A stretch of 64,000 nt of DNA from an uncultured delta proteobacterium. GTDB taxonomy: Bacteria > Desulfobacterota > Desulfomonilia > UBA1062. Shown here piece by piece: positions 23,700 to 33,611 of the stretch. The translations under genes and the position numbers were made by a program. Within the stretch, counting starts at the first letter, position 1. Each line of letters opens with the position of its first letter. The stretch covers positions 48,721 to 112,720 of the forward strand of contig CAWCTR010000009.1 of assembly GCA_963798485.1 (NCBI GenBank), written 5' to 3'. Under the pieces are notes generated by a model. That model was not told where the DNA came from, made no database searches, and was given only the letters and a program-made list of their open reading frames with translations.

Positions 23700-23830
23700 T
23701 CAGAGATTATATTTCTTCGATTTCATCACGGTTTTGAGAATGCTGAAAACTGATGATCTTAAGTTCAAACCTATGCAGCAGGCGCTCTATATCAGAGCAT
23801 CAAGCGTGGCACGAAATCTTCACTTAAAGA
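23700..23830 (+). repeat. Dispersed repeat family copy R2
   Basis: cttcgatttcatcacggtttt...gaaaactgatgatctt...aaacctatg...gtggcacgaaat; shares its first ~20 nt with R8. Confidence 0.8.
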
Positions 23831-23881
23831 GTGTTATTTGTGTAATGTCTGTTAGTGTTTTTTTAGTTTCACGTAGTTAAT

Positions 23882-24688
23882 TCAAAAACGGATATGAGCC
23901 CCGAGAGCAATATTGCCATGTCCTATACTGACCTCAGGTTGAATATCGTTATCCAAGCCCATGAATGCATTATGGAAGAAGGCTGCCATGAAATTACCTA
24001 AAGCAAAACCCGCCAGCACATCCGAAGGATAATGCTTTTGGGCCTCCACCCGAGCCCAGCCTGTGCCAAGCGATACGGTGTACAGGGAAGCATCAGCTAT
24101 CCACCTGACCGGATCTGGCATGTCGATAGATTTAAGGTTGAGAGTTGCAAGTCGTGTGGAAACAGCAGCATGGGAAGCATGCCCTGAGGGCATGCTGTAG
24201 TAATCGGATCCATCCGGGCGAAGGCGATGTGTTGCATCCTTGAAAGATGTGGTGGACAGGCTAGTCGCTCCAATGGCTGCGGCATCCACAGCGAAGCCCT
24301 TTGTTTTGTTGCTCATCCACTCCTGTGACGTATCGCCGCTTGGTGTAGCTAAAAAGCTTGCCACATAAGCACCAGTGGCGATCCCTGCGAGCACGTTACT
24401 CGCATTCGCAGCACTGTCCTGGGAACCGAAAACGGGATTGTGTTCAGAAGCATAATGCGAAATCCTGCGGTCAAAGTCACGGTATTGAAGCGCTAAGGCC
24501 GTTACACAAGGCAACCAGACATCCAGTGATGTCACTGCATCTAAGGCTGAATTGCCTGCCTTTTTCCATCCTGGAGTTATGGTAGCATCCTGTCCCCACC
24601 CCCGACCAGTGTTAAGAGTTCCACAGGCAGGGAGTAATCCGAGGATGAATAGACCAGCAATAAATAGATAACTCAAATGGAGTTTCAT
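23882..24688 (-). CDS. PAP2-family phosphatase lipoprotein
   Basis: Lipobox LPAC; K...RP, PSGH and ARV...HYPSDV motifs. Confidence 0.9.
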   Translation of the reverse strand: MKLHLSYLFIAGLFILGLLPACGTLNTGRGWGQDATITPGWKKAGNSALDAVTSLDVWLPCVTALALQYRDFDRRISHYASEHNPVFGSQDSAANASNVLAGIATGAYVASFLATPSGDTSQEWMSNKTKGFAVDAAAIGATSLSTTSFKDATHRLRPDGSDYYSMPSGHASHAAVSTRLATLNLKSIDMPDPVRWIADASLYTVSLGTGWARVEAQKHYPSDVLAGFALGNFMAAFFHNAFMGLDNDIQPEVSIGHGNIALGAHIRF

Positions 24689-24770
24689 AATTGTATATGA
24701 ATAAAACCTATATGTAAAATTTCAAGAGCTTATTATATTGAAAACTACTTTCTATCTTATTAGTAATTCA

Positions 24771-25280
24771 ATGAAGGTGGCTGGTATAAAACCTTGGGAA
24801 GTGATCATTATCCCTGTACTCTTCTTTGCCACAACATCAGCACATGCAGATGGTGTATTTCTTGAAGGTGGACTTGGTTTCCAGTTCTCAACGGATTCTC
24901 AAGCCATGTTCCTCAACTATCATATCGACTCATCCCCAATTTTTGGGCTTGAGAGCTTTTATGATTTAGAACTCGGTTCCTGGAATGGACAGAATCACAA
25001 TGATGCGATCATTCTTGCCAAGGGAATGTGGTGGGATCTGCCTAAGAATACCTATTTCAGCTTTGAGCCTGGTGGTGCCTACATGGTAAAGACATCAAAC
25101 AATCTGGGCACACATCTTCAATTTGCATTCAGATTTGCTCTAGGTATGAGAACAGAAAAAATTGATTTCTCGATTGGTTATAGACACTTCTCTAATGGTG
25201 CAAAGGTTTTCCATTGGACAGATCCATCTAATAATAACGGTGAAAATTTCATTACACTCCAGATAGGCTACCTTTTATAA
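24771..25280 (+). CDS. Outer-membrane acyloxyacyl hydrolase / lipid A 3-O-deacylase (PagL-like)
   Basis: Signal peptide, LGTHLQF, YRHFSN catalytic motif, beta-barrel-type C-terminus; start uncertain. Confidence 0.8.
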   Translation: MKVAGIKPWEVIIIPVLFFATTSAHADGVFLEGGLGFQFSTDSQAMFLNYHIDSSPIFGLESFYDLELGSWNGQNHNDAIILAKGMWWDLPKNTYFSFEPGGAYMVKTSNNLGTHLQFAFRFALGMRTEKIDFSIGYRHFSNGAKVFHWTDPSNNNGENFITLQIGYLL

Positions 25281-25423
25281 TTCAAGCGAACAAGAACTAA
25301 GTCTTGTTTCAAAAGTTCGAAGGCATATATTCACAGTAGATCAAATTTTCTAAAATATAGAATATTAGAATAGAGATCTCTTCGATTAAAATAGGTAACC
25401 CCAAACATAGATTATGAACCATT

Positions 25424-25480
25424 GATAACTGCGATAAACTGGCGCTTTCCAAAGGCCCTAAAATCGATGATCTTGGTTTG
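25424..25480 (+). repeat. Dispersed repeat copy R3, interrupted by the group II intron
   Basis: gataactgcgataaa...aaaatcgatgatcttggtttg; repeat-like sequence (ctatg...cagag) resumes near 25846. Confidence 0.8.
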
Positions 25481-25837
25481 GTGTGTCACGAATGCCGCGA
25501 GGCAATGCTGTGTAAGAGATGAGGGAAGGTCCCTCGGCGCCGGTTTACAGGAGCAGGCTTCAAACCGCCTTAAGCTGCGATGGTAAAGAGCCATGGTGGT
25601 GAGCGTTAGGGGAAATGGCACAAGAATTAAAATGCGTCACGGTGAGTATCGGAGAGACGAGCGAAAGCGAACCAATCGATGAGGCATCGAAAGATCATGG
25701 ATGATGTCAAAACCAGGGTCCCAAACCAACTCTGGGAACAGCTCAGAGGAAACCTGTTTACTGTCTGAGTGGCATCCGGTGTATAGATGGCGTGAATCCG
25801 ATACGGGCTTTTACACGGAACGTGAGAACCTGTCGTC
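25481..25837 (+). mobile_element. Group II intron 5' fragment (domain I, class D/RmInt1-like), no RT ORF
   Basis: Starts GTGTG; typical domain I text (ggtggtgagcgttagggga, gagcgaaagcgaacc, ggcatccgg, ggaacgtgagaacctgtcgtc); EBS1 CAAACCA and EBS2 AGATCAT pair with the upstream exon. Confidence 0.85.
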
Positions 25838-26005
25838 TGGAGTCACTATGAAAAGCTATATTCAGAGAGCATAGATGCATGGTTAACGTCGCCCGATGAT
25901 ATATTCAATTCATCAAGACCTTGGATAGCCTCAAAACGGCTGAACTCTAACTTAAAAAGTGGTACAAGTATTGGTGGCCGGTCACATATGATGATGGGAT
26001 ATTAA

Positions 26006-26599
26006 ATGGTACGAATAAGTATCCGGAATCTTTTGATTGTTATAACAGTTGTACTCTGGTTGGATCCGACATCTGCCATATCAAGTGAATGGTCTCCTCC
26101 CGAGACCACAACCGATTGGATGAAGTTTACGAGTGGCATGGTCAGTTGTATTGCTGCTCATGAATTGTCACATGTTTTGGTTGCTCTAGAAAGCGGATAT
26201 ACAATCCATCATGATGGTTTATCGATTACCTATTCGCCGGAATTTAGATCTCGTGCCGATCATCTCCGCATCGCTTCAGCAGGTCTTCAGGGACAGTGGA
26301 TAGCATCCGAAGCTGCCTTTGCAGCTGGTGGGAAAGAGGGTAATTTTACGTCTGGGATTATAAGTGGGCACCTCGCCATAACGCTTGCGTATATCGTTGT
26401 GCTCAGGAACCACCCAGAAGGCGATACCGTTGGAATAGCCTCAGCAAGCGGCCTTAACGTCAATCAGGTTGTTTTCCTCGCTGCCCTACCAGCAGTTCTT
26501 GATGCCTGGCGTCTCTTCGGCAATGAAGTTCCGAAGTGGGTGCCTGTCCTTTCCCTCGCCCTCAAGGGCGCGGAGGCTTCATGGGTGTGGACGTTCTAA
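26006..26599 (+). CDS. Hypothetical membrane/secreted protein with HExxH motif
   Basis: N-terminal hydrophobic segment; AAHELSH; IASAG. Confidence 0.75.
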   Translation: MVRISIRNLLIVITVVLWLDPTSAISSEWSPPETTTDWMKFTSGMVSCIAAHELSHVLVALESGYTIHHDGLSITYSPEFRSRADHLRIASAGLQGQWIASEAAFAAGGKEGNFTSGIISGHLAITLAYIVVLRNHPEGDTVGIASASGLNVNQVVFLAALPAVLDAWRLFGNEVPKWVPVLSLALKGAEASWVWTF

Positions 26600-26780
26600 C
26601 TCGCATCTCCTATGAGCTATATTCAACCGAACAATCCTGCATCTTGAGATATTTTAGCAATCAGAGAGTCTTGAAATTAGTTTAGCTCCATAGAAGATAT
26701 CATTTGCCGATCTCAACGAGTGGGTGACAGTTCCAAACTGAATATATCTATAAGGAATTGAAGCTCCAGCCAGACTGAAT

Positions 26781-26955
26781 ATAACTGCGATAAATCGGTG
26801 GTTTCAAACGGACAAGGAAGAGTAGATGTTTTGTTTCGAAATCTTCGGTATGGGCAAAGCGTGACGATTATCACCATTATCATTAGTTTCTCAGGACATA
26901 TGGAACCGATTGATTTTATCGCATAATCTACAGTCCAGATGATTAGCTCCTGATA
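26781..26955 (+). repeat. Dispersed repeat copy R4
   Basis: 26781-26869 matches 34977-35065 at 87 of 89 nt. Confidence 0.9.
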
Positions 26956-26998
26956 CCACTTTGCGATTTAATGATGAATTCAGAATTACTTATCAGTG

Positions 26999-28090
26999 TT
27001 AGGGGTTTCCGACCTTTGAAGCCAAGTCCATGGCCAGTTTTCTGAGTATAGTTGCTTCTTCGAGACCATCGATAAAGCGTTGAGGGATGCCAGAAAAACC
27101 TGTTTGGGCAGCGACAAGGGCTCCGGTGAGGATTGCACGCTCCTGGTTTTGTCCCCCGCCATTGATAGCATGGAGCACTGCAGATTCGAAATCGTTGTGG
27201 AACCGTGCAGCAAGGTAGTAGGCTGCAGGAAGCTGGTGGTAAATAGCGCAGGGCATACCGTAAACGATTGACACCTTCCACGCAGGTTCTATACATATAC
27301 TCGGATCTGCTGCAGCTTCGGCCATATAAGATGGTGTAAGCAGGGCATCCGGCGAGGCAAACCGACCCGCACGGGGAGGGTCCGGATCACCGGGGAGGGG
27401 CGGCTGGAGGTTTTCTCGGGTCACTGCATGAAAAGGCAATTCCCCGCTATGAACCATTTCCATGAGTTTCATTGACAGTTTCCTGTCGAGCGTATGCCCC
27501 TGAACCACTAGACTCAGCACGGCGCAGAATGCAACTGTCAAGGAGATCAAGATATCATCTGACTGCGTAAGGATGGTATTGCTGGTTACGGCAGATGCGA
27601 GCCGGGCAGGTTGAAAAGCATAACGCACAGCAATGGCAAGGCAGCGATCGAGTGCTTCAGTGGTGTCCGCATGGCCTCCGGTCTGCCCCCAGGGCAGGCC
27701 CTGCTGCACACGACGCCTCCATGCCTCCCTGATTGACTGGCTGGTATATTGCCCCGGGCCATTCACCGGTGTCCCGTCAAGAAGAGGAAAGAGCTCCTCA
27801 TCCATCCGGCGGCAGAAATCCGCTTCGTCGTAACCACCGCAATCGACAAGGGAGCGGACCATGAGTTTCAGGATGAAACCTTCCTGGGAAAGTTGACCTG
27901 CCTTGAGTCCGTCGTGGTATCGACCGGGTTTGGGATCGGTATAGCCAGTGATCCAGTCACCATAGTCGTGGTGAAGTTCAGCGAGACTGTAATACCAGTG
28001 AGGACCCAACGCCATGGCATCGCCTATAAAGGCCCCCATGATTGCACCGGCAGCACGGTCTTTGATTCTGCTTTGGTCTGTCATATCCAC
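26999..28090 (-). CDS. ADP-ribosylglycohydrolase family protein
   Basis: GAIMGAFIGDAMALGPHWYY, AINGGGQN...AILTGALV. Confidence 0.88.
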   Translation of the reverse strand: MDMTDQSRIKDRAAGAIMGAFIGDAMALGPHWYYSLAELHHDYGDWITGYTDPKPGRYHDGLKAGQLSQEGFILKLMVRSLVDCGGYDEADFCRRMDEELFPLLDGTPVNGPGQYTSQSIREAWRRRVQQGLPWGQTGGHADTTEALDRCLAIAVRYAFQPARLASAVTSNTILTQSDDILISLTVAFCAVLSLVVQGHTLDRKLSMKLMEMVHSGELPFHAVTRENLQPPLPGDPDPPRAGRFASPDALLTPSYMAEAAADPSICIEPAWKVSIVYGMPCAIYHQLPAAYYLAARFHNDFESAVLHAINGGGQNQERAILTGALVAAQTGFSGIPQRFIDGLEEATILRKLAMDLASKVGNP

Positions 28091-28227
28091 CTCTGGTTTA
28101 TTTCAATCATGTTTATCAGTCTCATGAACTCAAAAGAATGCATCCGGTCTTGCTATCAATGCTTGTATGCAGGTTTGTCCGGAGAAATTGAGCGGTATCA
28201 TGCTTGTATTTGGTGATAAGCTCATGA

Positions 28228-30321
28228 TTATTGTCGCTGCGCCTTGCTTAAACGGCACATGAAGCTTCTGCTGGTGGATGTCCCAGTAACCCTGCCCCTC
28301 CGGTCATCCTCGGTAAGCGTGTTAAGGTTGCATCGCATGTCATGATCGCCCCATCCCCAGGCAAGCTGAATTGTGCCCGGCCGCACAGTGGTTGAGATTC
28401 TCGCTGCCATTTCGATGGCGCCTTTCGGAGATTCAATCCGCACGGAATCGCCCTCTGTCAGGTTGTAACGCTGGGCATCATCGGGATGGATATCGATAAC
28501 ACAGCGCGGACCGGCCTGAAGCAGGGAGGGGATGGTGCGAAACTGCGAGTTGGTGAAGCAGATGTCGCGGCTTCCGCTGATTCCCAGTACGGGATAGTGT
28601 TCGCTCTGATCTGAAAAGCTAATGGGGTCACCGTCCAGGCCTTGTTCGAACGGCACACCCGGTAATCCGGCCTTAGCCAGGCGCCTTGAGAAGAATTCGA
28701 CCTTGCCCGATGGAGTCCTGAATGGCTCCTCCAGGTATTTTTCGTAGCGCAAGCTCTCTATCCGCAAGCCATTGCCGTTCTGCCGCAGTTTTTCCACCGT
28801 CACCCCAGCGGGTTCCAGCTGATAATCTATGGCATCCTCTGCACTTTCCCAGGGAAATTCGGCGGCAAAACCGAGCCTACGTCCCAACTCAAAGATGATC
28901 CGCCAGTTCGGCCACGAATCATCAACCGGTTCGATGACTGCATTTTGCAGGAACATCGGATTGTTGCGGATGGAGGAACGGTTGAGCTGGGTCGTTTCAA
29001 AACAACTGGCGGCCGGGAGAACAATATCGGCCAGTTTTGCCGTCTCGGTCAGAAACATGTCAATCACCACCAGGGTTTCCAATTTGCCGAAGGCAGCTCG
29101 AGTCCGGATGGAATCGGCCATGGTTACGAGGGGATTTCCTGACTGGACCACCACCATCTTCAGCGGATAGGGGTATCCATCCAGAATTGCATCGATCAGG
29201 CAGCCCTGAACCTGGTTGCCCCAGGTGTCGCTGAAAGTGTTGAACAGGGGATAGTCACGGGTGATGGGAACAGTGCCATCCGGGAGTCGGTCCTTTAACT
29301 GGATGTTTCTCACCGGTATCGGTTGCGGTAGAACATCGCCGCCTGTTTTGTCAAGATTTCCGGTCAAGGCACGTAACATGGCGATGCTCCTGGTGGTGTC
29401 GAAGACCTCGCGGTGCATGTCCAAGCCATTACCATCGATGATTGAGGAGGGTCCGCACGTGGCATACAGACGGGTAGTCTGCCTGATCTGATCCGCTGTC
29501 AGCCAGATTTTTCCGGCAACCTCATCGGTGGGATATCGTGCTGCCACCTCTTTGAGCGCATCAAAACCAATGGTATGGCGCTCGACAAACTCAGTGTCAT
29601 ACCAGCCTTCCCTGATGATCTCGTTGATCATGGCCATGGCCAGCAGGCCGTCGTGGCCTGGCTTGATCTGTAGCCAGAGGTCGGCCATGTGGGCAAGGGA
29701 GGTCTTCACCGGGTCAATGACTATTAGTGTTGCCCCGTGCTCTTTTGCATAGTGGATAGATTCCGCCGCGCCCAGAGCAGTGTTCCGATCGTTCTTACCC
29801 CAGACAAGGATACACTGGGAGTTCTTCGCCTCCGGAAAGGCCATGGCCCCATAGGTAAAAGAATGGGCAAAATCCCTTGCCACAAAGCAGACGGAACCAT
29901 TACCGATCGTATTGGGGGAGCCGAAGAGATTCATTAGACGGTTGGGATAATCCCAGGGTGCGCCCCAGTCGGCGGCCATGCCCCGCAGCCAGGCCACCGA
30001 ACGCGACCCGGATTCTTCCCGATGACGGAGAAACCTCTGTGCCACGAGATCAAGGGCTTCATCCCAGCCTGCCTCGCGGAAGCCCGAACCCTCACCCTTT
30101 TTGATCAGTGGAGTTTTCAGGCGCCGGGGTGAATAAACGATATCAGGGGCAGAATCTAGCTTGGGGCACTGGAGCCTTTTTTCAGGGGGGAGGAAGGATT
30201 TCCGCCGGGCCGATATAAGGTGGCCACCAGTCACCTCGGCCTCTATGGGACAGCAGGCGGAACAGAGACGGCAGACTGTATCATAGATCATCTTTTTCCT
30301 CCTATCGTATAGCGTAGACAT
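28228..30321 (-). CDS. Molybdopterin-dependent oxidoreductase (acetylene hydratase/DMSOR family)
   Basis: CRLCSACC...CPK FeS motif, GSVC ligand region, ADIVLPAA, TPSGKVEF, IHPDDA; start may be 30291. Confidence 0.9.
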   Translation of the reverse strand: MSTLYDRRKKMIYDTVCRLCSACCPIEAEVTGGHLISARRKSFLPPEKRLQCPKLDSAPDIVYSPRRLKTPLIKKGEGSGFREAGWDEALDLVAQRFLRHREESGSRSVAWLRGMAADWGAPWDYPNRLMNLFGSPNTIGNGSVCFVARDFAHSFTYGAMAFPEAKNSQCILVWGKNDRNTALGAAESIHYAKEHGATLIVIDPVKTSLAHMADLWLQIKPGHDGLLAMAMINEIIREGWYDTEFVERHTIGFDALKEVAARYPTDEVAGKIWLTADQIRQTTRLYATCGPSSIIDGNGLDMHREVFDTTRSIAMLRALTGNLDKTGGDVLPQPIPVRNIQLKDRLPDGTVPITRDYPLFNTFSDTWGNQVQGCLIDAILDGYPYPLKMVVVQSGNPLVTMADSIRTRAAFGKLETLVVIDMFLTETAKLADIVLPAASCFETTQLNRSSIRNNPMFLQNAVIEPVDDSWPNWRIIFELGRRLGFAAEFPWESAEDAIDYQLEPAGVTVEKLRQNGNGLRIESLRYEKYLEEPFRTPSGKVEFFSRRLAKAGLPGVPFEQGLDGDPISFSDQSEHYPVLGISGSRDICFTNSQFRTIPSLLQAGPRCVIDIHPDDAQRYNLTEGDSVRIESPKGAIEMAARISTTVRPGTIQLAWGWGDHDMRCNLNTLTEDDRRGRVTGTSTSRSFMCRLSKAQRQ

Positions 30322-31240
30322 AATGACTGCGGATCAGCTCGAAATGGTTGCTGTGTGTCCGAATTTTCCACCAGACGTGACCGTGGCGTTCGACCTGCCA
30401 AAGGGGGGCAAGGACACTAGTTTTCTCCTCAAGAAGAGCAATGACATTCTCCTTGCCCCGTCCGGAAAAGATTCCGTCAAGCGTGCCACCCAACCAGCTT
30501 TCCGGATCGGCCACCTCGGTCGACCATGAAAAGGGATCGGAAAACAGAAATTGCGCATCTTTTACTCTTGCCACACGATTGATTTCAGTCAGATGGGTCA
30601 AGGGGTTCGGCACCTTGTCGACGATATTGAGGGAGGAAACCGAGGAAAACAATCCAGATCGAAAGGGCATCGCCTGCGCATCGCCCACGATAAATTCGGT
30701 GTTCTGCGTTTTCCAATCTTCCGGAAAAGTGAGCGTTACCTGCCGTTTCAGTAATCCCTCTTCCGGAAGTGCGAGGCTCGCTCCTCGGCGGTCCATGAGT
30801 TCCCGCGATGCCCGTATGAAGGAGACGGAGTTGTCGATGCCGACGACAAAGTCGCATTTTTGTGCCATTTCGAATGAAAACCGTCCCGTTGCCGAGCCGG
30901 TATCGAGGCAGGCGCCGGTATGCGGCTTCATCAGGTCCGCCCATGCCCGGTAAGCGTCGGAGGCCTGTTCGTCCTGCAGAAGATCTCCGTAGTGGCTCCA
31001 GAGGTAGGAGGACAGAAGCGGCAGCGTTTCATATCGATTCTTTGCAAGGTCCGCTTCCGAGTGGTTTGGGTCTAAAAAGGCAATGCCGTCCCGGATCGGA
31101 TAATCAGTACGGCAATGTTCGCACCGGAGCTTTCCCTCCACGATATTCTCCGGAGAGGCCTCCACGAGGGTTTCCCGCAGTCGATGTTCCTCTGGAAGGC
31201 AAAGGGGACAGATGAGCATGTCGAGCAGCGCCTTTTTCAT
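30302..31240 (-). CDS. Trm112-like zinc ribbon fused to a SAM methyltransferase
   Basis: LICPLC...CEHC..YPIRDGIA, LDTGSATGR, VGIDNS, VGDA, DPFSW...WLGG; GGAGG RBS. Confidence 0.88.
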   Translation of the reverse strand: MKKALLDMLICPLCLPEEHRLRETLVEASPENIVEGKLRCEHCRTDYPIRDGIAFLDPNHSEADLAKNRYETLPLLSSYLWSHYGDLLQDEQASDAYRAWADLMKPHTGACLDTGSATGRFSFEMAQKCDFVVGIDNSVSFIRASRELMDRRGASLALPEEGLLKRQVTLTFPEDWKTQNTEFIVGDAQAMPFRSGLFSSVSSLNIVDKVPNPLTHLTEINRVARVKDAQFLFSDPFSWSTEVADPESWLGGTLDGIFSGRGKENVIALLEEKTSVLAPLWQVERHGHVWWKIRTHSNHFELIRSHYVYAIR

Positions 31241-31769
31241 CTCTTCCTCCTTGAATGATATCTGGCCGCGAGACCTGGGGAAGCTCAGGCGATCCGACTG
31301 GTACCGGGGCGATGAATCTCTGCCCGGATCGGACTGATAAAACGATACCGTCGAATGAGATCTTGCCTGCATGGAGAGTAGGAAATTTATTTTGATAAGA
31401 ACTTGCTTTCAAGGGAATGGAGTATAGGAAAATTATTCTTGTATGTCAATAAATAGCTGACCATAAAATGTGGGGGTGGGCGTGGTTGATGGGGTAAGGG
31501 ATGTGATGTAGCACTCATCATTGATAAGGCAGCCGAGCTGGATCTGATAGAACAGGCATCATGGATTGAGGTTGAGCGTCTTATGATGGGTATCAAGAGG
31601 GGAAAAGGGGTTGCGCACTGGCTAGAGATCTGCTTCTGCTACCCCTTCAAGCTTAGGTATTCCAGAGTATAGATTTTTTGGTAATCATAGCAAATGGTGG
31701 GCATGGAAATTATAGATTATAGCTTCCATGCCAGAAGATACGGGTTCTGATTACTAAATGTTTCTAACC

Positions 31770-31935
31770 ATAATCATCGCTTTGTCCAAAGTGAACATAA
31801 CTGCGATAAATTGACGCGTTCGAAAGGCCTTAAAACCGATGATCTTGGTTTGAAACCTATGCTGCAAGGCACTTCATATCATACCGTTGCCACTGGCACT
31901 AACGAAATCTATGCTCTGGAATAACCATTGGCCTT
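31770..31935 (+). repeat. Dispersed repeat copy R5 (most complete unit; intact intron target at 31839-31852)
   Basis: ataatcatcgctttg...ataactgcgataaa...aaaaccgatgatcttggtttgaaacctatg...tggcac. Confidence 0.85.
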
Positions 31936-32082
31936 CGGCACCATCGGCAACCCGGGTACGGTATCGGCTATGATCACCTGCTGGGTGAGCAATGCCTAGT
32001 GCGAAACGCACTGCACACGATGGTTTGCCGAGAGAAATAAGAAACCCGGTACAACCCGCTGATACTCATTATTTCAAGACAT

Positions 32083-32117
32083 TAGAAAAGGGCCCTCACA
32101 TGAGTGCCCTTTTTCTC
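32083..32117. terminator. Terminator-like hairpin
   Basis: aaaagggc-cctcacatgagt-gcccttttt. Confidence 0.55.
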
Positions 32118-32162
32118 TTAAAGGTACTTGGAATGAGCTCTTGCATATATTATTATTCTGTT

Positions 32163-32753
32163 ATGAAAAAAATAATGAGAAGCCTGATTATTTGCATGAT
32201 CCTGTTCGGCATCATACCCCTTTCTAGCTATGCGGCTGCATCGGAGCAGGATTGCCTTGCTGCCATAACAAAAGTTAAACTCAAGCTGCCTGACGATCCT
32301 GTCGCCGCTGCTTCACTGGGCATCACGCAGAAGGACGGGCAAATAACGCTTAATGATATCGATGCCGAGGTAATCATCATCGAGATCTTCAGCATGTACT
32401 GCCCTTTCTGCCAGAGACATGCACCCATGACTAACAAGCTGCAAACAGTAATAGAAACACGCAGCGACACAAGAGGCAAGGTCAGGCTGTTGGGCATCGG
32501 TGTTGGCAATTCACCCTATGAAGTGAAGTTTTTCAAGAAGAAGTACGGCATTCAATTCCCCCTGTTTGATGATGCAAACTCAGCAGTCCTGAACATTCTT
32601 CCCGATATAAGAACGCCATATTATTTCGCCATTAGAAAAACAGGCAGATCCCTGAATGTTTTTTTCACACAACAAGGGGCCTTTGAAGATCCCGAGAAAT
32701 TCCTCAATACCGTGCTGAACAAGTCCAAACAATTACCCGGGAGAAACCAATGA
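32163..32753 (+). CDS. TlpA/redoxin-family thiol-disulfide protein
   Basis: Signal peptide; FSMYCPFC (CxxC); FPLFDD; RTPY. Confidence 0.85.
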   Translation: MKKIMRSLIICMILFGIIPLSSYAAASEQDCLAAITKVKLKLPDDPVAAASLGITQKDGQITLNDIDAEVIIIEIFSMYCPFCQRHAPMTNKLQTVIETRSDTRGKVRLLGIGVGNSPYEVKFFKKKYGIQFPLFDDANSAVLNILPDIRTPYYFAIRKTGRSLNVFFTQQGAFEDPEKFLNTVLNKSKQLPGRNQ

Positions 32754-33358
32754 AGAACCCACGACATCATTTACTTGTTGAGATAATATCCATCTTCTGT
32801 CTTGTCTTTTTCGGCATGCCTGTCCTGCATGCATCCGATGCATTGAAGGATGAAATTTACCAGGTGGGAACGCTCAAACCTATCGACAGTACACTGAAGG
32901 TGAAAGTCGGTGAGATGGCGCCGGATTTCACCCTTATGTCTCTTTCCGGCAAGGCCGTATCCCTGAAGGATTACCTGGGGAAGAAGAATGTCATGCTGTC
33001 ATTCGTGCCGGCAGCCTGGACCCCGGTTTGTTCAGATCAGTGGCCGGGATATAATATCGCAAAGGATGAATTCGACAGTTATAATACGGTTCTGCTCGGT
33101 ATAACAGTGGACAACATACCGACCCTCTATGCGTGGACAAAAGCCATGGGTACCCTGTGGTTTCCGGTGTTATCGGATTTCTGGCCCCACGGGAAAACGG
33201 CCCAGTCCTATGGTGTCCTACGTTCCAGCGGAACAGCGGAAAGGGCGATTTTCATCATCGACAAAAAGGGCCTGGTCCGGTACATCGATGTCCACGACAT
33301 CAACAAGAGACCTCCCCTGGAAACCATCATGGCTGAGCTGGAGAAGCTGAATAAGTAA
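32750..33358 (+). CDS. Peroxiredoxin (AhpC/TSA, AhpE-like)
   Basis: APDFTL, PAAWTPVC, LSDFWPHG, ERAIFIID. Confidence 0.9.
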   Translation: MKNPRHHLLVEIISIFCLVFFGMPVLHASDALKDEIYQVGTLKPIDSTLKVKVGEMAPDFTLMSLSGKAVSLKDYLGKKNVMLSFVPAAWTPVCSDQWPGYNIAKDEFDSYNTVLLGITVDNIPTLYAWTKAMGTLWFPVLSDFWPHGKTAQSYGVLRSSGTAERAIFIIDKKGLVRYIDVHDINKRPPLETIMAELEKLNK

Positions 33359-33611
33359 CGCCTTCTCATCCCAAGAGCAGCTTTTAAGGCGTTTGAAGAA
33401 TTATCTCCACGTTTTCCTGAATAACTCGAACTCGACTTCATGCATCCCAGGATGTTTGTTTATGATGTGAGCAATAAAATAGTTACAACAGATTATGTAA
33501 GGGGTCATTATCTAAAGATTTTTTGACATTGCAATATGATGGGTCTTGTTTTTTGGGGTTACTGCATTAAGATATCATATTTGTAGTAAAAAATTAAGAA
33601 TAGGGGGAAAT

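Noticed and set aside
23608-23880. Repeat copies as a small protein family (…LKTDDLxxKPM…)
   Set aside because: The frame is open in some copies but broken by stops or indels in others (R7, R11, R12), with no consistent start or RBS; a decayed coding origin is not fully excluded
32163-33358. TlpA/peroxiredoxin pair as selenoproteins
   Set aside because: Active-site positions are Cys codons, with no in-frame TGA
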